Shown here in pieces: positions 38,995-50,555 of a stretch of DNA of 64,000 nt; position 1 is the first letter of the stretch; each line of letters begins with the position of its first letter. The position numbers were made by a program, and so were the translations under genes. Below the pieces are notes generated by a model. It was not told the DNA's origin. It did not search any database and saw only the letters and a list, made by a program, of their open reading frames with translations. Origin of the DNA: Macrostomum hystrix (lineage: Eukaryota; Animalia; Platyhelminthes); assembly GCA_950097015.1 (NCBI GenBank), contig CATNEN010000014.1, positions 1,178,001 to 1,242,000 on the forward strand. The letters are read 5' to 3'.

Positions 38995-40807
38995 TCAGGC
39001 GGGCTGGAACTCGGTGCTGGACACGTAGTCCTTGGCTGGTCCGCGGACAGTGTAGGCAATCGCGAATCCGGTCAGCTGGTCGCCATGGAAACGGAATCGA
39101 TAATCCGCCAAGTAGAGATCGGCTGAGCACAGGTGCCGGCCGCTGGCCGTGAGCTCGGCGTTGCCGGCCTCCGCCTCGCTGGGAAAATCCAGGCGGTGGA
39201 ACAGGCGCCAGCTGTCCGGCGGATCCGTGTCTGCGGACTCCGGATCGGCGAAGTGGACAGACAGGCCGCCCGACGCGGCATCGTGAACGTAGCGATACCT
39301 GGATAGGAGCCGGTTCGCAATAGCAAGACTAAAATAGCCTCATCGTCAAGACACTTAACTATTCTCATCGGGTGTCTGGTGGCAAAAAAACAACCAAAAT
39401 ATGCATAGTTTGTCTACTCACAACTTTTTTCGTATCATTGCGTCGGACATTATTGTTAATTATTATACTAGAACTATTGAACCAATACGGACTCGCCATA
39501 GGTTTATATAGAGCAATATAAGTTGTCACTGTCACAGGGTCTTCGACAAAAATCTCTGAATATCACGACCATGCTGACATCGCACGGCTTTGAAAGTTAG
39601 TACATTGTATAAGGACGGAACAATTTTATCATTGCAACCCACCTGGCACTGAAGACTGATCATTGCAACCCACCTGGCACTGAAGACTGATCATTGCAAC
39701 CCACCTGGCACTGAAGACTGATCATTGCAACCCACCTGGCACTGAAGACTGATCATTGCAACCCAACTGGCACTGAAGACTGATCACTGCAACCCAACTG
39801 GCACTGAAGACTGATCACTGCAACCCACCTGGCACTGAAGACTGATCACTGCAACCCAACTGGCACTGAAGACTGATCATTGCAACCCAACTGGCACTGA
39901 AGACTGATCACTGCAACCCAACTGGCACTGAAGACTGATCACTGCAACCCACCTGGCACTGAAGACTGATCACTGCAACCCAACTGGCACTGAAGACTGA
40001 TCATTGCAACCCACCTGGCACTGAAGACTGATCATTGCAACCCACCTGGCACTGAAGACTGATCATTGCAACCCACCTGGCACTGAAGACTGATCATTGC
40101 AACCCAACTGGCACTGAAGACTGATCACTGCAACCCACCTGGCACTGAAGACTGATCATTGCAACCCACCTGGCACTGAAGACTGATCACTGCAACCCAC
40201 CTGGCACTGAAGACTGATCACTGCAACCCAACTGGCACTGAAGACTGATCACTGCAACCCACCTGGCACTGAAGACTGATCACTGCAACCCACCTGGCAC
40301 TGAAGACTGATCACTGCAACCCAACTGGCACTGAAGACTGATCATTGCAACCCAACTGGCACTGAAGACTGATCACTGCAACCCAACTGGCACTGAAGAC
40401 TGATCACTGCAACCCACCTGGCACTGAAGACTGATCACTGCAACCCAACTGGCACTGAAGACTGATCATTGCAACCCACCTGGCACTGAAGACTGATCAT
40501 TGCAACCCACCTGGCACTGACGGACAGCCAGTTGTCGGTGACGAAGGTGACGTCATCTGGTGACAGGGGCCGCATCCGGCCCGACTCACTGTATGCCAAG
40601 CAGGCCCAGCGACTCGAGGTCGGGGAGGCGGCGCAGAGCGGATCAAACAGGGCTTCGCCTTCGGCCTCAACCGCCTGTGGCCGACCGGTGACGCGGCGGC
40701 TGAAGCGCCAGCGGCGAGATTCGCAAAGGCCGCGAAACACGCGGGCAGCCGCCGCCGCCGCCGACGCCGCAGCTGGCGAAGAAGCCGAAGGTGCGGCCAG
40801 TTTTAGG
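38995..40807 (-). CDS. DUF6314-like protein, at least 2 exons, 5' end unresolved
   Basis: Exons 40807-40511 and 39298-38995 join in frame: FRGLCESRRWRFSRRVTG..AEGEALFDP..LAYSESG..SARYRY..VHFAD..WRLFHRLDF..HLCSADLYLADYRF..YTVRGPAKDYVSSTEF*. This matches the DUF6314 pattern (W..R.I, Y.E.G, F.DGR.FH, H.C..D.Y, V.GP.KDY) as I recall it. Confidence 0.75.
39470..39630 (+). repeat. Unclassified dispersed repeat, copy 2 of 3
   Basis: Aligns by eye with ~11950-12095 (-) and ~51810-51970 (+). Confidence 0.65.
39630..40518. repeat. 31-bp intronic minisatellite spanning the DUF6314 splice donor
   Basis: About 29 copies of GCAACCCA(C/A)CTGGCACTGAAGACTGATCA(T/C)T. Confidence 0.95.
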
Positions 40808-41133
40808 CTGCGGAAGTTATTTTTAACGATGAAATGGAATGACAGAAAAGGGCCAACTAGGCTACTGATAGTAGAAATTAAAAAATGTCAATACCTATTT
40901 AATCTACAAACACAAACGTCACCGATAAGCTTACATGCAGGCTTGGAAAATATAAAGTATATTTGTGCACAAGATCGATAAAAATCACAAAAAATCTTGT
41001 AAAACATGTCCGTTATTCGAATACAATACATTTAACAGGACGATAGTGGAAGCATAGAAAAACGAACATTGTGTATTGTGAGCAGAAGAACTAATCATAA
41101 ACTGAAACAAAACAGCATCGTTTTCAAGGAGTT

Positions 41134-41727
41134 CTAAACCTAGATCCTGTCCAACATCCGATAACTAGATTCAAGGAGTTCTAAACCTAGAACCTGTCCA
41201 ACATCCGATAACTAGATTCAAGGAGTTCTAAACCTAGAACCTGTCCAACATCCGATAACTAGATTCAAGGAGTTCTAAACCTAGATCCTGTTCAACATCC
41301 GACAACTAGATTCAAGGAGTTCTAAACCTAGATCCTGTTCAACATCCGATAACTAGATTCAAGGAGTTCTAAACCTAGATCCTGTTCAACATCCGATAAC
41401 TAGATTCAAGGAGTTCTAAACCTAGAACCTGTCCAACATCCGATAACTAGATTCAAGGAGTTCTAAACCTAGATCCTGTCCAACACCCGATAACTAGATT
41501 CAAGGAGTTCTAAACCTAGATCCTGTCCAACACCCGATAGCTAGATTCAAGGAGTTCTAAACCTAGATCCTGTTCAACACCCGATAACTAGATTCAAGGA
41601 GTTCTAAACCTAGATCCTGTTCAACACCCGATAGCTAGATTCAAGGAGTTCTAAACCTAGATCCTGTTCAACATCCGATAACTAGATTCAAGGAGTTCTA
41701 AACCTAGAACCTGTTCAACATCCGATA
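41134..41727. repeat. 47-bp minisatellite
   Basis: About 12-13 copies of TTCAAGGAGTTCTAAACCTAGATCCTGTCCAACATCCGATAACTAGA. Confidence 0.94.
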
Positions 41728-42104
41728 AAAATAGCTAAAAAATCAAGACTATTCAGGTGGTCCATCAGTGAGAATAGTCTCAAGGCAAATCTACTGGCCG
41801 TGAAAATATACAGCAAAATAATTGAATAAACGTTACAGAAGTCATGGCCTCTAAAAGCAAGGCAAAAAGTTACAGAGCGTTAACTGTAGGTTTGCAGAGA
41901 AAGTGAAAAATTGTAGTAAAAAGCTTTAAAGTGTTGGGTACAATTGTAGCACGCATTACAGTTTTCAGATCGCAGATTATAAAATAATAATGAATTGTAC
42001 TGTTCAGCGCAGAATAATTAAAAGTGGAAGAAGGTTTGGCAATCGTGAATGCTGCCAACTTTTGACAGCATGCGTTTGGAATTACAATAGACGGTCACTC
42101 ACAG

Positions 42105-42960
42105 AATCCTAAGAGTCACACACAGAATGCCTAGAGTCATTCACAGAATGCCTAGAGTCATTCACAGAATGCCTAGAGCCATTCACAGAATCCCTAGAGT
42201 CATTCACAGAATCCCTAGAGTCATTCACAGAATGCCTAGAGCCATTCACAGAATACCTAGAGCCATTCACAGAATCCCTAGAGCCATTCACAGAATACCT
42301 AGAGCCATTCACAGAATCCCTAGAGCCATTCACAGAATCCCTAGAGTCATTCACAGAATGCCTAGAGCCATTCACAGAATCCCTAGAGTCATTCACAGAA
42401 TCCCTAGAGTCATTCACAGAATGCCTAGAGCCATTCACAGAATACCTAGAGCCATTCACAGAATCCCTAGAGCCATTCACAGAATACCTAGAGCCATTCA
42501 CAGAATCCCTAGAGCCATTCACAGAATCCCTAGAGTCATTCACAGAATGCCTAGAGTCATTCACAGAATGCCTAGAGCCATTCACAGAATCCCTAGAGTT
42601 ATTCACATAATCCCTAGAGTCATTCACAGAATACCTAGAGCCATTCACAGAATACCTAGAGCCATTCACAGAATACCTAGAGCCATTCACAGAATCCCTA
42701 GAGTCATTCACAGAATGCCTAGAGCCATTCACAGAATACATAGTCATTCACAGAATCCCTAGAGTCACACACAGAATACCTAGAGCCATTCACAGAATAC
42801 CTAGAGTCACACACAGAATACCTAGAGCCATTCACAGAATACCTAGAGTCACACACAGAATACCTAGAGCCATTCACAGAATACCTAGAGCCATTCACAG
42901 AAAACCTAGAGCCATTCACAGAATCCCTAGAGTGATTCACAGAATCCAAATAGTCATTCA
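42105..42960. repeat. 21-bp minisatellite (ATTCACAGAATCCCTAGAGCC)
   Basis: About 40 copies. It explains ORFs 42109, 42127 and 42719. Confidence 0.94.
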
Positions 42961-43030
42961 CAGGACTACAAGAGTCAGTCAAATGATCTCCAGAATAATT
43001 CACAAAATCGATCCTCAGGTCAATCGATCC

Positions 43031-45305
43031 TCAAAGCCGCTCCAGGGCGCCGTCAAGCGAGCTCGTGCCGCGGCCGCTGCCGCCGCGCTTGACCAGCAGG
43101 GGGGCCGAGGAGAACATTTGAATCTGACTGGTAAGGCGTTGAGGGTCAGTCGCCAGCGGGCGCACATAGTTGAAGGGGAAGAAGCCCTGCCGCTGGGTGC
43201 GCCGGTTTGTGCCGAACCAGAACTCAGGCTGCTGCTCGTTGACCCACAGCACTTCGACAATGTCGTCAGGCTCCAGGCGCAGCTGGTTGGAATCGAAGAT
43301 GTTCGGATTGCGCTCGCGGGCCACCTCGACGTCGAACGGGAAGCTCAACTGGCGGAGGAACTGCGGCGATGAGGGGAGGCTGAGGACAAACTTTATTCCT
43401 GATTATTTGCGACTGGGGATCAGGGACAAAATTGAATATCTGGGGTAAAGCTGAGGATCTGGGGTAAAGCTGAGGATCTGGGGTAAAGCTGAGGATCTGG
43501 GGTAAAGCTGAGGATATGGGGTAAAGCTGAGGATCTGGGGTAAAGCTGAGGATCTGGGGTAAAGCTGAGGATCTGGGGTAAAGCTGAGGATCTAGGGTAA
43601 AGCTGAGGATCTGGGGTAAAGCTGAGGATCTGGGGTAAAGCTGAGGATCTGGGGTAAAGCTGAGGATCTGGGGTAAAGCTGAGGATCTAGGGTAAAGCTG
43701 AGGATCTGGGGTAAAGCTGAGGATCTGGGGTAAAGCTGAGGACCTGGGATGAAACTTGGGACCTGGGATGAACATGAGGATCTAAAAGTTGGAGATTAAG
43801 GAGGCTGGAAAATCCACCTGATGACTCTCACCTGGAATTTTTCCTCACTGTCAGTGATGGTCACAGGCGCCAGGTAGATGGCGGGCACCAGCCCGGACTC
43901 GCCGGAGCGCCGCCGGATGACGCGCCACCAGTCGGGGATCTCCACGCCGTCCGGGTCGCGCATGGTCTCAAGAAACACAACCAGGTCACCGCGCTTCAGC
44001 GCCAGGTTTTCGGCTGCGTCCTGGGTGATAAAAGCGATGGGATCTCTTAGTATAGGGACTGGGAAATCCACTTCTAAGTAGGTTTGATAGCATCGAATCT
44101 GCCTTTCACACCAATATTTATCATTTATTTTATAACCAACAAACACACCCGAACTGGTTCCTGCGATTCACGCCCATTTCCACTAACATTCACGAACATT
44201 TCCCCATCATTCACGCACATTTCACATCATTCACGCACATTTCCCTCATCATTCACGCACATTTCACATCATTCACGCACATTTCACATCATTCACGCAC
44301 ATTTCCCTCATCATTCACGCACATTTCACATCATTCACGCACATTTCACATCATTCACGCATACTTCACATCATTCATGCACATTTCATGAATCAGGGCC
44401 AGCCTGTCACAGCCTGGAAGCTTTGCACTAAGTAATCAATCATGCACATTTCACTTTCACATCATTCACGCACATTTCACATCATTCACGCACATTTCAC
44501 ATCATTCACGCACATTTCACATCATTCATGCACATTTCACATCATTCACGCACATTTCACATCATTCACGCACATTTCACATCATTCACGCACATTTCAC
44601 ATCATTCATGCACATTTCCCTCATCATTAACGCACACTTCCCCCCCTCATTCACTAAAATTTCACAACATTCACGCACATTTTCCTGAGATTCATGTGCT
44701 AGCTTAGTTTGCATGGAACAAGCATTCGAAGGCTCACCGGAGCAATGGGGTCCACTTTAAAATCGAATTTCGCGCGAAACATGGGCTTGCTGGCCTAGAA
44801 TTATCATGTGGAGAATACAATGCTAAATTAGATAGATCTGAGCATTTCTAGTAAGCCAGCATGGGAATTCAGAGCACTCACTGGGACAGTGAGGGTCGAG
44901 TCGCCCAGCTTGTTACTCTTGTAGAAATCAATCAGCGATTGCATGGATGGGAAGTCAATCTGCCCAATCTTGAACTTGTAGCCATCGTGAGCCACCCGCT
45001 TGGTGGCCAAGATTTTGTAGTGGTTTGTCTTTTCCTCGTCGCTGTGGGGAATCAGGTAGTTGCTGACTTTGGGGATGTATACAGGAGAGAGCTAAGAGGC
45101 TATTGCCCCAACCCAAATTTTGATCCTCCTAATGGGTAACCTCCCACAATGACCAGTAGATAGCTTGCTCGCGCACTAAACTCACCGAACACTTAGTGCA
45201 AAGCTTCCAGGCTGTGACAGGCTGGCCCTGATGAGGAAGACGCCAAGGGCCTCCTTCAGCAAGACATCATTAGCTCGGTCACGTGTCATGGCACCAAAGA
45301 ACCAA
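43031..45305 (-). CDS. CRK: Crk/CrkL-type SH2-SH3-SH3 adaptor, 5' end unresolved
   Basis: Exons 45305-45186, 45041-44882, 44794-44738, 44020-43832 and 43360-43031 join in frame. SH2: WFFG..FLIRAS..FALSVR..HYKI..FKIG..LIDFYK. nSH3: FRAKFDF..LKRGD..WW..GLVP. The C-terminal SH3 RNPNIFD..L.LE.DD..GFFPFNYV is typical of the Crk cSH3. Confidence 0.87.
43440..43745. repeat. 20-bp intronic minisatellite (GGGGTAAAGCTGAGGATCTG)
   Basis: About 15 copies in the last Crk intron. Confidence 0.94.
44205..44690. repeat. 20-bp intronic minisatellite (CACATCATTCACGCACATTT), interrupted by a 42-bp insert
   Basis: Tandem copies lie on both sides of 44392-44433. Confidence 0.92.
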
Positions 45306-46689
45306 CTTTGAAAGTTTTAATGTTTTTTAATTAATCAATTTAGTAATAATTGTTGTTTAATAAAATAGAAAGACCCCAGTTTTAAATAGATGAAGCACCA
45401 GAGTCAAAGAAGTGAATTCACCTCACTGATTTGCCAGTTTATTACTATATTTTTTCTTATTTTCAATAATTTTGGGAAATAAACTACTTGACCTAAGCTA
45501 ATGTTGCTATTCCTAAGTAAAAATGCGCTCAATAAACAGAAATATTGGACTAATACCATAAACTTTACTCACAGAAGTTTGAAGCTTGCTTCAATCTGGG
45601 CATTGTCAATTTCTGACCTTAAGTTTAAACTTATGCAAGGGATATGCAAGCTTAATAATTTGGTTGATTAAAATGAAGCAATATAAAATTGGTCTTAAAA
45701 CTAGAACAAGGGATAATTAGCTATATAGTTTAGTGCCATTCTTTTTTTAATCATTTATAAAAATGTTTTTTTGAAAAGTTACATTTTAAATCAATGCAAT
45801 GATTTCAAATCAATCAGGTTGCTTTTTTGCACTTAATGAACTGGGCTACTTCTAGGTTCTGGGGAACTTGTCTGTGGCAATTTTCAGTGCGGGGGAGATG
45901 AAAGCAAAATGACTGACAAGCTTGGGAGTTTCTATGGCCAAAAAGGATGAGCTGGTTAGTGGGAGGGGAAGTATTGGCACATCTTCTGCATTCTGCTAAC
46001 ATGTTCTACTAATTTTCTAGAAATTTAGTGTTACCACTACTTAATGGTACTAGATCTACGATTAGGTAACACTAAAAGTCTAATAACAGCATACCAGGAG
46101 GCCGCCCAGTTGTACTGTCATTTATTGTGGATTCAAACTCCTTCATTATTACACCTGCTGAATTTTAACATGCAGACCTGCAAAATTTGGACACAATATT
46201 TATGCTCATCGTGGTTTCCTATTGTTTCGAAATGAGTTCCTAATGTTTTTCATTTATTTCAGAAAATCAGCTTAAGAAAAGATAAGAAAAGAATGCCAAT
46301 TTAGCTTTATATACATTTTACCTTATCAGGGAATATCAAGCCTATTAATTTTTAAGCTACAAAAATCCCTAAAGTGTTTGCTATAGTAGGACTAGGACAA
46401 AGTACCAGTACTACAGTGAGTAAAGCTATTTGAATATTTTTAACCCAAACTTAGACATAATATGCTAGAAGGCACCAGGATTTTAGAAATCTAGAATTAC
46501 TAGACTAGTTTTAAAATGAATACTAATAGAGCTAATTTTATGACTAAAGTAAATTATCATCATAAATATCTTCACACACTGGGCTCCAGCAATAATCAAC
46601 ATTAGAAACATCCAGCTTGTTAGGACTCTGATGAGTTGAAAGATCTTATTGTCATTTAATTAAATTTTAGTAAAAATCTAAACATAAAT

Positions 46690-47294
46690 GGCAGTGCTTA
46701 TTCCCACGGTCCCATGCCAATAATTTCAATTTTATCCACACAGATCTGTGCCGATAATTTTCTGCCTATCCACACAGCAGCTTGTTTTGCCAATAACTTT
46801 AAGAACTTAAAGCACATATTTTATAGGAACTGTATAGCAATTTTCATGTACTATATACAACTGGCCATACATGTTTTCTAGAACCTGCAGTGCCTATAGG
46901 GCCTAGTAGGGCCTCTTAATTACAAGCAATGTACAAATTAAATTTGGAATAATTGTTAATTTTGAATAATATGTAGGCCCTAATGTTGCTAACAATTGCA
47001 TGAGAAATCGCGCTGACATTTCTATTGCACACATGCTTGAAATATGATATGATGCACATGTGCAAATGATACTACTGACTTGTTACAATACGAAAATAAG
47101 GTTTCAAATTTGAAATTACGCCCTTATCATCATGGATCTGTGTGGATAAAATTAAAATTAATGGCACGGCATATATAAAGAGTTGTAGACCTATTAATAC
47201 AAGCTGCCTTGTGGATAAGCAGAAAATTATTGGCATGGATCCATGTGGAAAAAATTGAAATTATCAGCACGGGACTGTGGGAATAAGCATTGCC
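46690..47294. mobile_element. Non-autonomous DNA transposon (MITE) with ~100-bp TIRs and 9-bp TSD (Mutator- or Merlin-like)
   Basis: 46690-46790 is an imperfect inverted copy of ~47195-47294 (GGCAGTGCTTATTCCCAC.. / ..GTGGGAATAAGCATTGCC). Direct repeat AACATAAAT at 46681-46689 and 47295-47303. Confidence 0.8.
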
Positions 47295-47476
47295 AACATA
47301 AATAATGTAAATAGGGCCTAGACTAGGCCTACCTTTTGCAAAAGTTTACCCTAGCCACCTTTCTTAGGATTCATTTGCTAGCTAGGCCTAAGCATATTTA
47401 GTCAAACATATCTACAAAATATAAAAACTTGCTAATTCCATAGCCCTAGCTAGTAAGCTAAAAAAACTGTGTTTGT

Positions 47477-47522
47477 ATTGGTTATATATATATAGGCCTA
47501 GGCCTATATATATATAACCAAT
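47477..47522. other. Perfect 46-bp palindrome
   Basis: ATTGGTTATATATATATAGGCCTAGGCCTATATATATATAACCAAT is its own reverse complement. Confidence 0.95.
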
Positions 47523-47674
47523 GTCTTAGTTCCACACATTAAATTATTTTCACCTGAATTTTTTGAATTTCAGTGAATCTGACATTGCAGAACCACCACC
47601 TTCACTTTGTTGACCCAAATGACCCAGCCCTGCACACCAACACTATTAAGGGAACCTGGGCACACCTTAGCAAG

Positions 47675-48091
47675 GGATCCTAGACACTTCGTCATCTTAC
47701 AACTTCGTCATCCACTTGGAAGGTTTACAACACACTTCATCATCCAGCCAATTGGCCAGCATGCTTTAAAGTTTGGTCAGTTCATCATCTTCTAATAACA
47801 AGCAATCAAGTTTGTCATCAATAAAGTGAGGGTGGGGACGTGGTGTGGTGAGGCAGAGGTGTGAACACACTTCACACTCTAAATTATCAAAAAGAGGTGT
47901 CAAAACTGATTTCATTATAAGTGTTGAAAGATAGGTGCCACCACGATGTGAGGAGGGGTGGGGAGGGGTGGTTCTGTTCTAACTTTTGTTTTATAGATGA
48001 CGAAGTGTCCACAAGTCTAAGTCTCTTCGTCATCCACCCTCTAAGATATTGGACAGATCGTCGAAGTAAGATGACGAAGTGTCCAGGTACC
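47675..48091. mobile_element. MITE with 26-bp TIRs and 8-bp TSD (Merlin-like)
   Basis: Left TIR GGATCCTAGACACTTCGTCATCTTAC; reverse complement of the right end GGTACCTGGACACTTCGTCATCTTAC. TSD TTAGCAAG at 47667-47674 and 48092-48099. Internal CTTCGTCATC sub-repeats. Confidence 0.82.
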
Positions 48092-49499
48092 TTAGCAAGT
48101 AGGCCTACCTCTGGCGGCGCATCTAGAGATCCGGAGAAGACCTAGGGCAACTTTCTCTACTGGGTTGCCCATTATTATGCCGTTTAATATGGTAACGTGA
48201 CTGCTGACTACCATGGACTGACTTGTTTTACTTTTCTTTTTCTGCTTTTAAACTCTAAATAATTTAAAGCGGAAACAAAACTAGGACATTGCCATATATA
48301 TATTGGAATTGGACCCAAAAAAATATATTGATAGTTGTACTTACTCCTCTGTTCCTTTAATTCCGAGCTGTTGCAAGCTGATGTTTATAATATGTTTAGC
48401 CATTGTGTTCGTGACTTCGTGACGACCAGCTTGTGAATGCTATTGAATTAGGTTTTTGTCTACTATACACTTTTTTTATTTAATAAACTAGAACACTAGA
48501 TAGTGGCCCTTAAAAATAGTTGACAACTAATAGGAGTAGAGCAAGAAGGGCGGTAGGACAAGAAGACAAGCTACCAGGAATATGTAATTTTAAATCAAGT
48601 CTAGTAAGATACAACAGAAGCAGAGGAAACCGCAAATCTGGGGGCACAAACTATTTCTAGGAAATATAAATGCTGTAACGATGTTACTATTTATTTTTTG
48701 TTCGGCGTGTGTAAATTTATTTGAGGAATTTCGATCATTTATATTATGTTTTTGATGTCTGGGTGCTAGCGTTATATTTAATATTTTTGTTACTTAATCT
48801 TTACAAAAAAACCTGGCGTGAATTTAAATATAATTTGAAATGTCGGTTTTTTGGCTTTACGAGTATGATCGTAAAAAGTCACCTTGAGCGCACATTTATT
48901 TGCACCAAAAATGCACTATCGAAGGTTTTGATCAAGATATAGACGGAGCTCGTTTGCAGGCTGTAATTTTGGCACTTTTTTACTTTTCCTGACGGTGTTT
49001 ATGAATATAGCATGGTGGAATACAGAATTACTTTGATAACAGGTTCTTCTGTGTGTCTGGGTGTCTACTAAGCTCTCAGTTCAGTAGACGTCAGTTTTAC
49101 TCGGAATTGTAGCATTAAAATACAAGACGCACAGTTACACATGCACACAGTTCTTGTACGATTCGATACGATAAGGAGCGGAAAGATACGTAACCACATG
49201 ATGACACCCAGGAAGATTTATTATGAAGCTCTGAATCTAGAAACTGGAGAGACAAGTCCCCGCCAAACCCCTATTTTCCGGATCAGTGTGGGCTGACTGG
49301 CTGTCCCAAAAATGCAAGCTATAAGCAGATTGGAAATTCTGATCCACCCCTGGACCCCGGATCGCAGAAGAACAAGTATTGTTATTAAACTGTAATAATT
49401 GCTTTTATTGCAATCGGCATAAAGAAAATTATCAAAAAGACAAGTTGCGTGCGCAATTGAACACATAAGGAGTGCCCCGCTTCAGTTTCTAAAGCACCA

Positions 49500-50555
49500 A
49501 TGGCTGAGTCCGTCTTGCAAAAAAGTTTCTCGAAGCAAGACAAGCGAGCGGCGATCAAGCTTCAAGCTCTGCAGGGGCATTCGCCAAATTTTTTTTTTTA
49601 AAATGAAACAGATCCCGGGAGGCTCAAGCCTATCGTATGAGACGATTCGATGCTGGGTTGTTGCCGTTCAAAACGTCAAGGAAGACCTTGAAGGCCGGCC
49701 AGGCCAAAAAGTGCTTGGACCGACAACCTGGTGAGTCAGGTGGAGGCAGCTGTACTGCTGGACCGGCGGCTGACCAACCGGCAGCTGTCTGACGTCATTG
49801 GGGTGTCCCACGACTCAATCCACAAGATCTTGGTTGAGGACCTCGGCATGCGCAAGATTTGTGTTAATCGGGTCCCACATCTCCTTACCAATGATCAGCG
49901 AGGTCGCCGGGTCGCCATGTGCACATCCAACCTGCAGCGGTATCGACAAGAGGGTATGGCATTCCTGCAAGGGATTGTTGCCTGCGATGAAACCTGGGCA
50001 CATTCATGGGAGGCAGAGTTAAAGCGGCAGAGGGCCACATGGCGCAGGCCGGGTTCTCCACCCCAGAAGGCGATTCGGAGCATCGGTCAGATCAAGTTAA
50101 GGTCGTGCATGTGACCTTCGATCTTCGACCGGCAGGGTCTGCTGTTTGACCAGTCAGTGCCAGCAGGGCAAACGGTCAATGGCGACTTCTACCTGTCAGT
50201 CCTGGTGAAAGTTCGGCGTGCCATTCGTGACAAGAGACCAGCTCTGGACGCTGCTGGCCCAATTCTGCACCAAAACAATGCAGCTCCACATCGGAAGCAG
50301 AGCTTGCTGACAAGGATCGAGTCCTGGGGGTGGGAGATCCTTCCGCATCCGCCATACTCCCCGGATCTGAACACGTGCGACTTCTTCCTCTTCTCACGCA
50401 TCAAGGAAAATATGCGTGGTCAGCGTTTCAGCTCCGAGGACGAGGTGAACCAGGACTACAAAACAGGTATCGTCGCCGTGACGAACCAAGGCATGACCGC
50501 AGGCATTGACGGGCTCGTGTGGCGTTAGGAGAAGTGCGTGGAAGTTGAGGGTGCT
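49500..50555 (+). mobile_element. Mariner (Tc1/mariner) transposase pseudogene
   Basis: Frameshifted ORFs with LGMRKIC.NRVPHLLT, IVACDETWAH, LHQNNAAPH and HPPYSPDLNTCDFFLF motifs. TIRs not clearly preserved. Confidence 0.9.

Noticed and set aside
40807-43100. Crk-DUF6314 fusion transcript
   Set aside because: The Crk frame has its own stop at 43031, and there is no convincing phase-2 donor in its last exon.
45420-45630. Specific Crk start exon or 4-nt microexon model
   Set aside because: Several phase-compatible options exist and the sequence alone cannot choose between them; the 5' end is left unresolved.
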